From: Sedimentisphaerales bacterium
Lineage (GTDB): Bacteria > Planctomycetota > Phycisphaerae > Sedimentisphaerales > SM23-30
Direction of reading: 5' to 3'
Assembly: GCA_963663805.2 (NCBI GenBank)
Contig: CAXXMR010000012.1
Location: 96,001 to 160,000 of the forward strand
DNA length: 64,000 nucleotides
Notes under the pieces: generated by a model
What the model saw: the letters and a program-made list of their open reading frames with translations, nothing else
The model's database searches: none
Told to the model about the DNA's origin: nothing
Position numbers and translations under genes: made by a program
Shown here: piece by piece, positions 47,530-56,427 of the stretch
How positions within the stretch are numbered: the stretch's first letter is position 1
Layout of the letters: every line of letters begins with the position of its first letter

Positions 47530-49209
47530 TTAATTTTGGTTGTTGGCAATCATTTCCTGTACGGCCTGATAGATGAGGTATCCGCCGGTCAGGTTTCGGC
47601 AATCGAAACCATTCTGGCACAAGATTCGGCAGGCCAGGTAGCCGCGTTGGCCTACCCGGCAGAAGACCAACAGTTCTTTGTCGCGCGGTATTTCATCCAG
47701 TCGGTCGCGTATTTCATCCAGGGGAATATTAACCGCACCGGGAATTGTACCATCTTCTGTAAATTCTTTGGGCGTTCTGACATCCAGTAAGAACTGATTG
47801 TCCTTTGGATTCATCAGTTCCTCACTATGACAGAGTTTAGCGGCTTTATCCATTACATTAGCAGCGACGAAGCCAGCGAAATTCACCGGGTCCTTGGCGG
47901 AGCCAAACGGCGGAGCGTAGCATAATTCAAGTTCGCATAAATCATAAACCGTCATGCCGGCACGAATAGCTGTGGCAAAGACATCTATTCGTTTGTCAGC
48001 TCCGTCAGGACCAACGGCCTGGGCACCAAGTACCTTACCGTTATTAGGGTCGTAAAGCATTTTCACAGCGAGCGTCTCGCCGCCGGGATAATATGAGGCA
48101 TGGCTGGGGGGATAAATATATATTTTTTCATAAGGCATATTTAAGCGTTTGAGAGTTTTTTCGTTAGCGCCGGTGCAAGCAGCGGCCAACTCGAACACTT
48201 TACAAATCGCGGTCCCCTGAGTTTTTTTGTAAGTACTATTGATACCAAAAATGACATCTGCGGCGATACGGCCCTGTCGATTGGCGGGACCAGCCAGAGG
48301 AACCAGGGCGTTTTTTCCGGTGACATAATCAGTTACTTCTATAGCGTCACCCACCGCGTAAACGGACTCGTCAGAAGTTTTCATATGGTCATCAGTCGCA
48401 ATTCCACCCAGCGGGCCGGTTGAAATTTCGGCATCTTTGGCCAGGGTTGCTTCCGGTTTGACACCGATAGCAAGAATGGCTAAATCACAATCCAGACTGC
48501 TGTCGCTGGACAGTTCGACTTTGATCTGACCATCTGAATCGCTAAATGACTTAACGGAAGTATTGAGCAGCAACTCAACGCCATGCTTACGCAGGCACTG
48601 ATTAACCGGAGCGGTCATTTCCGGGTCGAGAGGCGTCATCACCTGGCCGGCCAACTCGACCAGTGAAACTTTAACTCCTCTATGTATCAATGCCTCGGCT
48701 GTTTCCAGGCCGATATATCCACCGCCGACAACCACCGCGTTTTGAGGTTTTTGGGCATCGACGATATGCTTAATACGGTCCATATCGGGGATATTCCGCA
48801 GCGTAAAAACACGCGGATTATCAAAGCCGGGCAGGGGCGGCCTGACGGGTTCAGCGCCGGGGCTGAGAATGAGATAATCGTAAGGTTCGGTGTATTGCTC
48901 ATTACTTGCGAGGTTCTTGACCGCAACTTCTTTTTTATCTCGGTCAATGGCAGTAACTTCAGAATTAATACGGACATCGATATTAAATCGAGTACTCAAT
49001 GATTCGGGGGTCTGGACCAGAAGTTTGCTGCGTTTGGTGATTTCACCTCCGATATGATAAGGCAGTCCGCAATTGGCAAAAGAAACAAATTCGCCACGTT
49101 CGAACAATATTATTTCAGCTTCTTCACTCAGTCTGCGGGCTCGACAAGCGGCAGAGGCGCCACCGGCAACACCACCCACAATCAGAATACGTTTCTTTCC
49201 CTGTGGCAT
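47530..49209 (-). CDS. CoA-disulfide/persulfide reductase with C-terminal rhodanese domain
   Basis: GGVAGGAS, SFANCGLPY redox Cys, GGGYIGLE, YAPPFGSAKDPVN, LDVRT...FCRVGQRG; likely start ATG 49209. Confidence 0.92.
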   Translation of the reverse strand: MPQGKKRILIVGGVAGGASAACRARRLSEEAEIILFERGEFVSFANCGLPYHIGGEITKRSKLLVQTPESLSTRFNIDVRINSEVTAIDRDKKEVAVKNLASNEQYTEPYDYLILSPGAEPVRPPLPGFDNPRVFTLRNIPDMDRIKHIVDAQKPQNAVVVGGGYIGLETAEALIHRGVKVSLVELAGQVMTPLDPEMTAPVNQCLRKHGVELLLNTSVKSFSDSDGQIKVELSSDSSLDCDLAILAIGVKPEATLAKDAEISTGPLGGIATDDHMKTSDESVYAVGDAIEVTDYVTGKNALVPLAGPANRQGRIAADVIFGINSTYKKTQGTAICKVFELAAACTGANEKTLKRLNMPYEKIYIYPPSHASYYPGGETLAVKMLYDPNNGKVLGAQAVGPDGADKRIDVFATAIRAGMTVYDLCELELCYAPPFGSAKDPVNFAGFVAANVMDKAAKLCHSEELMNPKDNQFLLDVRTPKEFTEDGTIPGAVNIPLDEIRDRLDEIPRDKELLVFCRVGQRGYLACRILCQNGFDCRNLTGGYLIYQAVQEMIANNQN

Positions 49210-49223
49210 TTGTTTTCCTTTTC

Positions 49224-49523
49224 TCAACAATGTTTCTGGATACATTTAATTAGTTCGGGCAGATTCGGAGATTCGATTTTGTAATAAACCTTTCGTCCGT
49301 CGCGTACACTCGACAACAAACCATGCCCCTTGAGCAGCCGAAGATGTTCGCAGGTCTGGCTGGGTGAGGTATCACAAAGTTCGGCAATTTCATTTACCGT
49401 AAAATCCCCCTGCATAAGAATATTAACAATTTTCAGCCGGACAGGATGGGCCATGACTTTGAGGCATTCGGCGGCGGTTTGAAAAACGTTATCGGGCAGT
49501 AATCCTGGTTGTTTGCTTTTCAT
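49224..49523 (-). CDS. ArsR/SmtB family regulator (BigR/SqrR-like Cys pattern)
   Basis: LKVMAHPVRLKI, EHLRLL and RDGRKVYY; Cys in helix 2 (AECL) and near the C-terminus (KCIQKHC). Confidence 0.9.
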   Translation of the reverse strand: MKSKQPGLLPDNVFQTAAECLKVMAHPVRLKIVNILMQGDFTVNEIAELCDTSPSQTCEHLRLLKGHGLLSSVRDGRKVYYKIESPNLPELIKCIQKHC

Positions 49524-49530
49524 AAGGCAT

Positions 49531-49558
49531 AACATATCGAAACATTTCGATATGTCAA
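49531..49558 (-). promoter_or_regulatory. ArsR-type operator overlapping promoter
   Basis: Perfect 11-2-11 palindrome ACATATCGAAA-CA-TTTCGATATGT (49532-49555) over minus-strand TTGACA-16 bp-TATGTT. Confidence 0.8.
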
Positions 49559-49600
49559 GACGTTTTACGGAAAAAATATGCCGATAGCCAGCTGGGCTGG

Positions 49601-49667
49601 AAATTCTAAATCCGAAATGCTAATTTCTAAATAATATCGAAAGCATAAAATCTTAAATTTCAAACAA
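49601..49667 (+). repeat. Degenerate AAAT-NNN heptamer tandem repeat
   Basis: AAATTCT AAATCCG AAATGCT AATTTCT AAATAAT...AAAGCAT AAAATCT. Confidence 0.55.
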
Positions 49668-49730
49668 CGGCGCGGTGCCTGCCTTCGGCAGGGATTGTTT
49701 TATTTTTTGTATGTGTTCACAGTGGTTTCT

Positions 49731-49794
49731 TTCGCCCCTTCGGGGCTTGTGGTTGTTTTGGTCAATTACTCCGGGGGCTTGCGCCGCCCGGCTA
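49731..49794. repeat. REP-like double hairpin
   Basis: GCCCC-TTC-GGGGC and CCGGGGGC-TTGC-GCCGCCCGG-CTA; another hairpin CCTGCC-TTC-GGCAGG at 49678. Confidence 0.55.
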
Positions 49795-49818
49795 GCATGG
49801 ACAGATAATCCGCCTGAC

Positions 49819-49853
49819 AAAAAAAGACCCACTCTTGAGGAGAGTAGGTCTTT
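49819..49853 (-). terminator. Intrinsic terminator of pilM operon
   Basis: AAAGACC.ACTCT/AGAGT.GGTCTTT stem with an A7 run on + (U-tract on -), 30 bp past stop 49883. Confidence 0.65.
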
Positions 49854-49882
49854 GGTGTTACGGGCTAAAATTGTACCAGGTT

Positions 49883-51706
49883 TTATCTGGCAGGCTTGCT
49901 CTGCTCGCGCATTTTCTTAACCACGCCGGTTTGAAGCGAACGCAGGCTTTCGGGCCAGCAATATTTATCTATGCTCAACCGGGAAACCGTCCCATCCTGT
50001 TCCCGGAACAGCAGGTCGGTAGTTTCCACTTCCTTGAAGGACGTCCCGATCTGGCACCAGTATTTAACTCCGGGAACAATATCAATTACGGTAGCATAGG
50101 TGCGATAATCAATCTCAACATCTGTCTGCGTTTCATCTCGTGCGGCGGTTGAGCGACGTTCGTTTCTATCATCAGAGGACCGGTCAGCCACTTTTTCGCC
50201 AATCATTATGCCAGGCGTGATTCGGAAGAGTTTTTTGTGCCACTCGCCTTCATGGAGACGATAGACCTCGACCGACATATTAAGCGCGTCCTGGCCCGTA
50301 GTTGATTTGGGCACAAAGAAAAGGCGTTCAGGGATGCGTGCGATAAGTTGTTTTTCGGGCTGGTCCTGGGTCGGAGTAAACTCGGTCCAGAGTATCGGTT
50401 TAAATTTCAATTGCTGCTGCTGCTCGGTAAACCAATCTCGCAGAGCGATAGGATTAAAAATCCCCAATCTAATCCTGTAACGATAAGTTCTGCCGGGCAG
50501 AGCCCGTCCGTCATGAGCCCAGACGGTAATATTTTCTTCGTCAAGCTGAGTAATATCATAAGTCAACGCACCGCCGGTATGGGTTCTTCGAACATCCTGA
50601 GCGGGACCGCCGGGTGCCATCCCCATATCCATGCCCATCCCCATATCCATCATGGGCATGTCCATCATTGGCATACCACCGCCGGGCATTCCCATACCGC
50701 CGGGCATATCCATCATCATATCACCACCGCCGCCGCCCATTCCGCCGGGCTGACGACGCTGCTGCTGCTGACGCGCCCTTAACGCTTCGCGCCGGGCTTT
50801 GGCTTTTTCTTCGCGGTCCGCGCCGGAGTTTCTGCCGCCGGAAGCCCTGTCCTCCTCTTCGGTCGGGGGCATCCACGGTTCAAGCACCATATCGTAAGGC
50901 CAGGGCTGAATCACTTTCATTTGAGTGTCGGGATATCTTCTCTGGCCCATGACAACTTCAAACTCTGGGTATGACTTGGTGACTAATACATCTTCGTCCA
51001 TCTCTTTGTCGAACAGAGGGTCAACTTCAAGTCGGGAAACTGTCTGCCAATCGCTCCATGAACCATCAGGCATCAGTCTGCTGCGCTGCAACTGAACCGC
51101 CGCGAGGACCGGGTCGGGACTTTCCAGAGGCTTCTCAACTGTAGCTCCGGCAAAACTTTTTTGAAAATCTTCTTTGATTTTAGACCAGGGAAACTTCGCA
51201 GAGAGAGTGACAAAATCAGCGTCTTGCTCAACCAGACCGGTACTGTTACCGGGGGCCAACTGTTGGTCTGGTTCATCGTCAGGCACCCAGGCCAGACCGT
51301 GATTCAACTGGATTTTGACATCGTTGAGCTGGGGCATGTCAGGGACGACATAAGTTCGGGGATCTTCCGGCCCGGCAATGCCGATACGATGTTCGGGGAA
51401 CAGGGGCATTCTGTCAACATCAAGAATAGCCAAAGGTTCGACTTTACCGAACCAATCAGCCCTGGGCTGATAAACAGGAGGCAAAGGCTCACTCGTAGGC
51501 CTCGATATACTGCCTTTGATTTCCTCAGCCATATCGGCGGCCTGGCTTACCGCCTCAGACGCGGACATGGTTTCGTTATCGAATTTGATTCCGGGCGCAA
51601 ACACATAGCGGGTTACGACTACCCAGACACAAACCGCAACGGCGATAAGTAAAACAAGTTTTTCGACATGCGCCTCAAAAATATTGAGCGATTGTTTTTT
51701 TGCCAT
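49883..51706 (-). CDS. Bitopic hypothetical protein of the pilM operon with Met/Gly-rich linker
   Basis: N-terminal TM, MMMDMPGGMGMPGG tract, FN3-like PGRTYRYRIR segment. Confidence 0.75.
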   Translation of the reverse strand: MAKKQSLNIFEAHVEKLVLLIAVAVCVWVVVTRYVFAPGIKFDNETMSASEAVSQAADMAEEIKGSISRPTSEPLPPVYQPRADWFGKVEPLAILDVDRMPLFPEHRIGIAGPEDPRTYVVPDMPQLNDVKIQLNHGLAWVPDDEPDQQLAPGNSTGLVEQDADFVTLSAKFPWSKIKEDFQKSFAGATVEKPLESPDPVLAAVQLQRSRLMPDGSWSDWQTVSRLEVDPLFDKEMDEDVLVTKSYPEFEVVMGQRRYPDTQMKVIQPWPYDMVLEPWMPPTEEEDRASGGRNSGADREEKAKARREALRARQQQQRRQPGGMGGGGGDMMMDMPGGMGMPGGGMPMMDMPMMDMGMGMDMGMAPGGPAQDVRRTHTGGALTYDITQLDEENITVWAHDGRALPGRTYRYRIRLGIFNPIALRDWFTEQQQQLKFKPILWTEFTPTQDQPEKQLIARIPERLFFVPKSTTGQDALNMSVEVYRLHEGEWHKKLFRITPGIMIGEKVADRSSDDRNERRSTAARDETQTDVEIDYRTYATVIDIVPGVKYWCQIGTSFKEVETTDLLFREQDGTVSRLSIDKYCWPESLRSLQTGVVKKMREQSKPAR

Positions 51707-51774
51707 TTCATATCCTTCTCACTGGAAAGCTTTGCTCAGGGGGAAGATGGTTACTAGTTAAACTTTGCGGTAAT

Positions 51775-53148
51775 TTATCTTTTCATCATACCTGGTCCAC
51801 CGGCCTGTACGGGCTCGAACAGAGCTTTGACATCCGCGGGCATAATATCAGAATAACCGCTCTTGAAAAGAGTATATTCGCAAATCATCCTTAAAGTTAC
51901 AAGTGAACCTGGGCCATAATAATAGCCCGCGTTTTTCTCCGCTTCGGGGTCGATTGGGTCAAGCGTCATCTGCAAAACAGTTATCTGGCTTTGCTGTACC
52001 GGGTCCTGGTCAGGCCTTAGGCGTCCTGTCTGAAGAGCGTTAATAAAATCATTCACTGCGGTTGACTCAATAATCGCGGCAATTTCAAGATGGACTACGT
52101 CAATCAAATCATCACCGACCCTCTTGGTCCAGGGATATGTCATAATTCCCGCGGCCATCGAAACGTCGGCTTCGGCCCCCTGAGCCCCAATAACATAATC
52201 CGGCAGAGAATTCATACTGCCGGCTCTGCGAGGGGCGACAACCCCGGTATCGGCACGGCGTGAAGAAGCACCGCCTTTGCCCGAATCAACTTCGGCGCCA
52301 TTGAAGGAAACTTCTATTAACCTTTTAAGAGGTGAGTCTGCCACACGTTGCGATTCACCATTCATGAGTTTAACCGCATTGACAACATCCTGTTGAATCC
52401 AGGCCGCCAGCTGCGTAAACCACATATCCATAAGCATAATGGGTTTTTCGAGATTGGGCTGAGTCTCCCAGTAGTTATAAGCGGCAAAACAATCTTTGTT
52501 GGCATATACCGTAATGCTTTCAGACCGCTGACGCCGGAGTTCGTTTACCAGCTTCTGGGCAGGACTATCCTCGGCAACCCGTGTCCGGCCCGGCATAGCC
52601 ATCCCCATTCCCATATCCATGCCCATGTCCATCATGCCGCCGCCACCAGGAGCAATGCTGCGAGTATTTTTTTCGCCAACGATATTTTTCTGATAGTCCA
52701 GACGAACCTTTTCCTCTTCATGTTCGCTGGGCCTGTCCGCTGCGTTCATCTGCACAAGATAGTCTTCGACAACCTTCAGATAATTATTAGAGAAGTTTCT
52801 ATAATAGATAATCGGATTACCGCTGCGCAGATCAGGAAATACTTCTTCGCGCGGGTCAGAACAAATCAAGGGACGGGCGGATGTCTGGGCAGCCTTTTCC
52901 AAAACGACTTTCAGATCCTGATTGGCAAGATTACCGTTTTCCGTAAACCGGGCGTAAACCTGGTCATTCAAACCGCGGGCGGCGCTGCGGGCACCGGGGA
53001 CACTGGAAAGGGTGGTTTCAAGTTTCTTGCGAGCCTGAGCGTTTTCCCCGGCTTTCATATACCCCGGCACAAAAATCCCAATACCGGCTAAAACCACCAG
53101 GCAGCAGATTAGCATGAAAATATTCTTTTTGATAAAGTTCATAAGCAC
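51775..53148 (-). CDS. Bitopic hypothetical protein (PilO-position) with Met/Gly-rich linker
   Basis: N-terminal TM plus helical region, GGGGMMDMGMDMGMGMAMPG tract; directly downstream of pilM. Confidence 0.7.
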   Translation of the reverse strand: MLMNFIKKNIFMLICCLVVLAGIGIFVPGYMKAGENAQARKKLETTLSSVPGARSAARGLNDQVYARFTENGNLANQDLKVVLEKAAQTSARPLICSDPREEVFPDLRSGNPIIYYRNFSNNYLKVVEDYLVQMNAADRPSEHEEEKVRLDYQKNIVGEKNTRSIAPGGGGMMDMGMDMGMGMAMPGRTRVAEDSPAQKLVNELRRQRSESITVYANKDCFAAYNYWETQPNLEKPIMLMDMWFTQLAAWIQQDVVNAVKLMNGESQRVADSPLKRLIEVSFNGAEVDSGKGGASSRRADTGVVAPRRAGSMNSLPDYVIGAQGAEADVSMAAGIMTYPWTKRVGDDLIDVVHLEIAAIIESTAVNDFINALQTGRLRPDQDPVQQSQITVLQMTLDPIDPEAEKNAGYYYGPGSLVTLRMICEYTLFKSGYSDIMPADVKALFEPVQAGGPGMMKR

Positions 53149-53194
53149 AATCTCGAAATTAAGGTTCTCTGAGAATCAGAATTATAAATTATAT

Positions 53195-55681
53195 TCAACC
53201 TTTGTCTTTGCCGGCTTCCGGCTTGAGCTGGATTTTCAGCTTGACCCGGAACCAATAGTCATGATTTTCTACGGCAGGCTCGTTGTTCTCAAACTTGATT
53301 TCGCCGTTATCTTCCATAACGTAAGTGTCACTGATAGGCTCCATCGTCAACGGGTCGATATAAATCGGAAGGTCCGGAACATTTTTGCGGGTCGCAGTAT
53401 GCGTTCCGCCACCGGCCATGGGATTCCACACTCCCGTTCTTCCGGTCGTCCTCACGGGCTCTTCGACCTTGAGAACTCCAATACCTTCCGGCTGCTTGTC
53501 TTCTGGTTTGCCGCTCAACCAACCACCTTCGGTTGTGTCAAAATACCAGGTAAGTTTATCCTCCGGGTCAACAAATGCGTTAAAGGGCAGATTGGCAACA
53601 GCTTCGGGGATTGCAACCTCCGCGGCAACAGTCTCAGCCTGTCCCGGAGCAGTCGCGGGAGGGGCAGTCGGCAGCGCAAAAGGTTTATTTTGGCCAGGCA
53701 CTGCCGCAGGGGCGGGTTTATCTTTTTTATCCTGAGCTCTGATTTCCTGGTCACTAAGCCCCAGGTAACGCAGCCTCTGGAAGAAACCCCATTTATCCCT
53801 TTCGTATTTTACGTTCGACGGCTCCAAAAACTGCAAGTCATCCTTATGCGGAGTACTGCCTTCTATCACCACGACAAAACCAGGCACCGGATCTTTGGAG
53901 GTACGGTCAAAGGTATCAACAACTGTCCGGCTGCTTCCGGCCCCCCTGCCGCCGGGCATCCCCATACCCATTCCCATTCCCATTCCCATTCCCATACCGG
54001 GCATCCCCATACCCATGTCCATCATGGGCATGTCCATCATTCCCATATCCATCATCATGCCACCACCGCCACCTGCGGGCGTACGGCCGCGGTTGCCGGC
54101 ACCAGCCGATTCCCAGCCTTTGGTAACTTCATCGAAACTCTTATATAGATTGTCAGTATAAATAATTTTTATGTTGGAAAGAAAAACCTGTTCCCGCTCG
54201 CCGCGGTTCAAGGCCAGAATACCTTCCAAATCTCCGTTGGCAAATGCCTCGTACAGGGCCAACTGCTGAGAATCTTCGGTGTAATCCGGGCCGGGCAGAC
54301 AGCCGCGAATAGCCTGGAGAATTTTCGGCACGATAATACGCGGCCCATAAGGCTGCAAATGTCGGGCAATTTCTTTTTGAGCTTTGGTAACAGCGGCCTG
54401 AGCGGCACCCACCGCGGAGCGACGCTGATTCAGAGTGTTGGTCATGCTGGAAATTGCGCCGGTATTGTTCTGAGCTTCCTCAATATCCGCCGACTGAGAA
54501 TAGGCCTGGAACAATGCCAGCAGAGCACTGAAACAGAACGCCGCTGTCGCAGCGATAAACCAAATGCGTTTTTTACGCCATTGGGTGCGACGGGCGATTT
54601 CCTTGGGCAGCAGCGAGCTTTCCACCCGTGCCAGCCCCAACCCCTGCAAAGCCAAACCGTAAGCGACTCCCATCGAAGGGACGTTTTCGGTAAACTGCGA
54701 AACCGAGACCTCCGGCGAAAGTGAAAGCTGGTCAAAATTATCCATCCTCTTGACCGGCAGCGACAGACTCTGCTGCAGAAATTTGACCAGGCCCGGCAGC
54801 TTCATCGCGTTACCCATAGCGATAACTTCGCGGAACTGAACATCACGTTTGCTCGAACTGTAGTAACCCAGCGAGCGCTGAATCTCCGCAGCCAGGTCGG
54901 CGAAAACAGGCCGCATAGCCTGAAAAATCTGACGGGCGTATTTGCTGGTATTGGCGGTACGTTTGATAGCTTCTGCTTTGTTGAATCCCAGCTTGAACGC
55001 CTTCTGGACCGCTTCGGTAAAATGATTGCCGCCGACAGGAATGGTCCGCTGCCAGATACGAGTTCCATCAGCGATTATCAGGTCGGTATTGTCAACCCCG
55101 ATATCCAGAGCGATAACCGCTTCGTTCTGGGTAGCAGCAGAAAGCTTTTTTTCGTAAACGACAAAGTTATAAAGAGCCATCGGGCTCATCTGCACCGAAT
55201 CAATCGTAATCTGGGCATCAGAAAAGGGTTCCAGGGCAATTTTGACTAAATCACTCTTTATCGCGAAGATACCCACTTCGACATCGGGTTGGTCCGGTTC
55301 TTGAAAAACCTGCCAGTCCCATTCCACATCCTTTATGTCAAAAGGAATCTGCTGGCCGGCCTCGAAAGCCACCATCCGGGGAATATTCTTCTTGTCGGTG
55401 TGCGGAAGTTTGACAAACCGGGCAAAACTGTTCTGGCCCGGCACGGCAACGACTACCGCGGAATTGCTCAGGTCATAAGACTGGGCCAGCCTGCTGACCG
55501 CGGCACTTACCAGTTCGACCCGTTGTTGAGGCTCGACGTCCGGCTGAGTCAGAATGGTCTCATGCTCCAGCGCCGCGAAATCAAGTACCTCAACACCATC
55601 CGGGGTAACCCCCAGCTTCAGGGCCTTAATGGTACAGTCTCCAACGTCAATGCCCCAGGCAATCTTGTGAGCCTTTGCCAT
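53195..55681 (-). CDS. pilM: Type IV pilus assembly PilM fused to a TM/PilN-like C-terminal region
   Basis: WGIDVGD, FEAGQQIPF, LDIGVDNT, GGNHFT, EIQRSLGYY and AYGLALQG; then SLLP-TM-coiled coil. Confidence 0.88.
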   Translation of the reverse strand: MAKAHKIAWGIDVGDCTIKALKLGVTPDGVEVLDFAALEHETILTQPDVEPQQRVELVSAAVSRLAQSYDLSNSAVVVAVPGQNSFARFVKLPHTDKKNIPRMVAFEAGQQIPFDIKDVEWDWQVFQEPDQPDVEVGIFAIKSDLVKIALEPFSDAQITIDSVQMSPMALYNFVVYEKKLSAATQNEAVIALDIGVDNTDLIIADGTRIWQRTIPVGGNHFTEAVQKAFKLGFNKAEAIKRTANTSKYARQIFQAMRPVFADLAAEIQRSLGYYSSSKRDVQFREVIAMGNAMKLPGLVKFLQQSLSLPVKRMDNFDQLSLSPEVSVSQFTENVPSMGVAYGLALQGLGLARVESSLLPKEIARRTQWRKKRIWFIAATAAFCFSALLALFQAYSQSADIEEAQNNTGAISSMTNTLNQRRSAVGAAQAAVTKAQKEIARHLQPYGPRIIVPKILQAIRGCLPGPDYTEDSQQLALYEAFANGDLEGILALNRGEREQVFLSNIKIIYTDNLYKSFDEVTKGWESAGAGNRGRTPAGGGGGMMMDMGMMDMPMMDMGMGMPGMGMGMGMGMGMGMPGGRGAGSSRTVVDTFDRTSKDPVPGFVVVIEGSTPHKDDLQFLEPSNVKYERDKWGFFQRLRYLGLSDQEIRAQDKKDKPAPAAVPGQNKPFALPTAPPATAPGQAETVAAEVAIPEAVANLPFNAFVDPEDKLTWYFDTTEGGWLSGKPEDKQPEGIGVLKVEEPVRTTGRTGVWNPMAGGGTHTATRKNVPDLPIYIDPLTMEPISDTYVMEDNGEIKFENNEPAVENHDYWFRVKLKIQLKPEAGKDKG

Positions 55682-55932
55682 CGGTAAATAATCCTTAAAT
55701 CACATGTTTTCGATTATTTTATTTGCCGGCAAGCGGTTATCCCCGCCCCTGCCGGTACGTTCTGTCTGGTCACCTGCTTATATCTACGTATCAGAACCGT
55801 AAAGGGTCGTGGTGTCAATAAAAAAGGGGTATCCTGGTTTCGGTAGAACTACGAGGGTATCAGTTGACCGAATCAAGCTTCTGGATGCTGATAACCGACT
55901 TGCCCCCCGAAAAACATGGTAAAAAGAGGAAA

Positions 55933-56385
55933 TTATTGCGGTTCAGGCCGACCATGCAGCCGAGCAACCTGTTTGCGGGCTTCATCGAGCGTCAGGCCTA
56001 GCGAACGAAGGGCCTTTTCCGCAACACAGTCCTTTTCCCGAAGCAGGCCCAGCAGCAGATACTCCGAACCAACTTTTTTATCCCGGCATTTTTCGGCCTC
56101 CTCTATTGCCAGAGCAATCACCTGCTTATAGTGAGGTGTTCCGGGCAGTCTACCAAAAACCCAGGTTTCTTCCATGCTGTGACGGATAAAATTATGTATT
56201 TCCCGATGAACCGCAGCGGAAGTTATCGAACAATTTTGAAGAATCTGTGAACCCAACCCTATGCCGTGGTCAACTATTGACGTGAGAATATGCTCCGTGC
56301 CGACATATTCCTGACTTTCATGCTGAGCAAGTTTCTCGGCAAGCTTCAGGATGTCTTTAGCGTTTTCAGAGAGATGCTGATACAT
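55933..56385 (-). CDS. Standalone Clp N-terminal (repeat) domain protein
   Basis: YVGTEHIL...GLGSQIL and VGSEYLLLGLL...AEKALRSLG repeats; no AAA domain. Confidence 0.88.
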   Translation of the reverse strand: MYQHLSENAKDILKLAEKLAQHESQEYVGTEHILTSIVDHGIGLGSQILQNCSITSAAVHREIHNFIRHSMEETWVFGRLPGTPHYKQVIALAIEEAEKCRDKKVGSEYLLLGLLREKDCVAEKALRSLGLTLDEARKQVARLHGRPEPQ

Positions 56386-56427
56386 TATTAAAACTCCAAC
56401 CCTCCGGGAATAAATATGTTATGTTAA

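Noticed and set aside
49601..49794. Intact mobile element
   Set aside because: Only heptamer repeats and REP-like hairpins; no transposase ORF, terminal repeats or target duplication
53950..54075. CCCATT hexamer run as a phase-variable tract
   Set aside because: The unit is a multiple of 3 (Met-Gly), so slippage changes length but not frame
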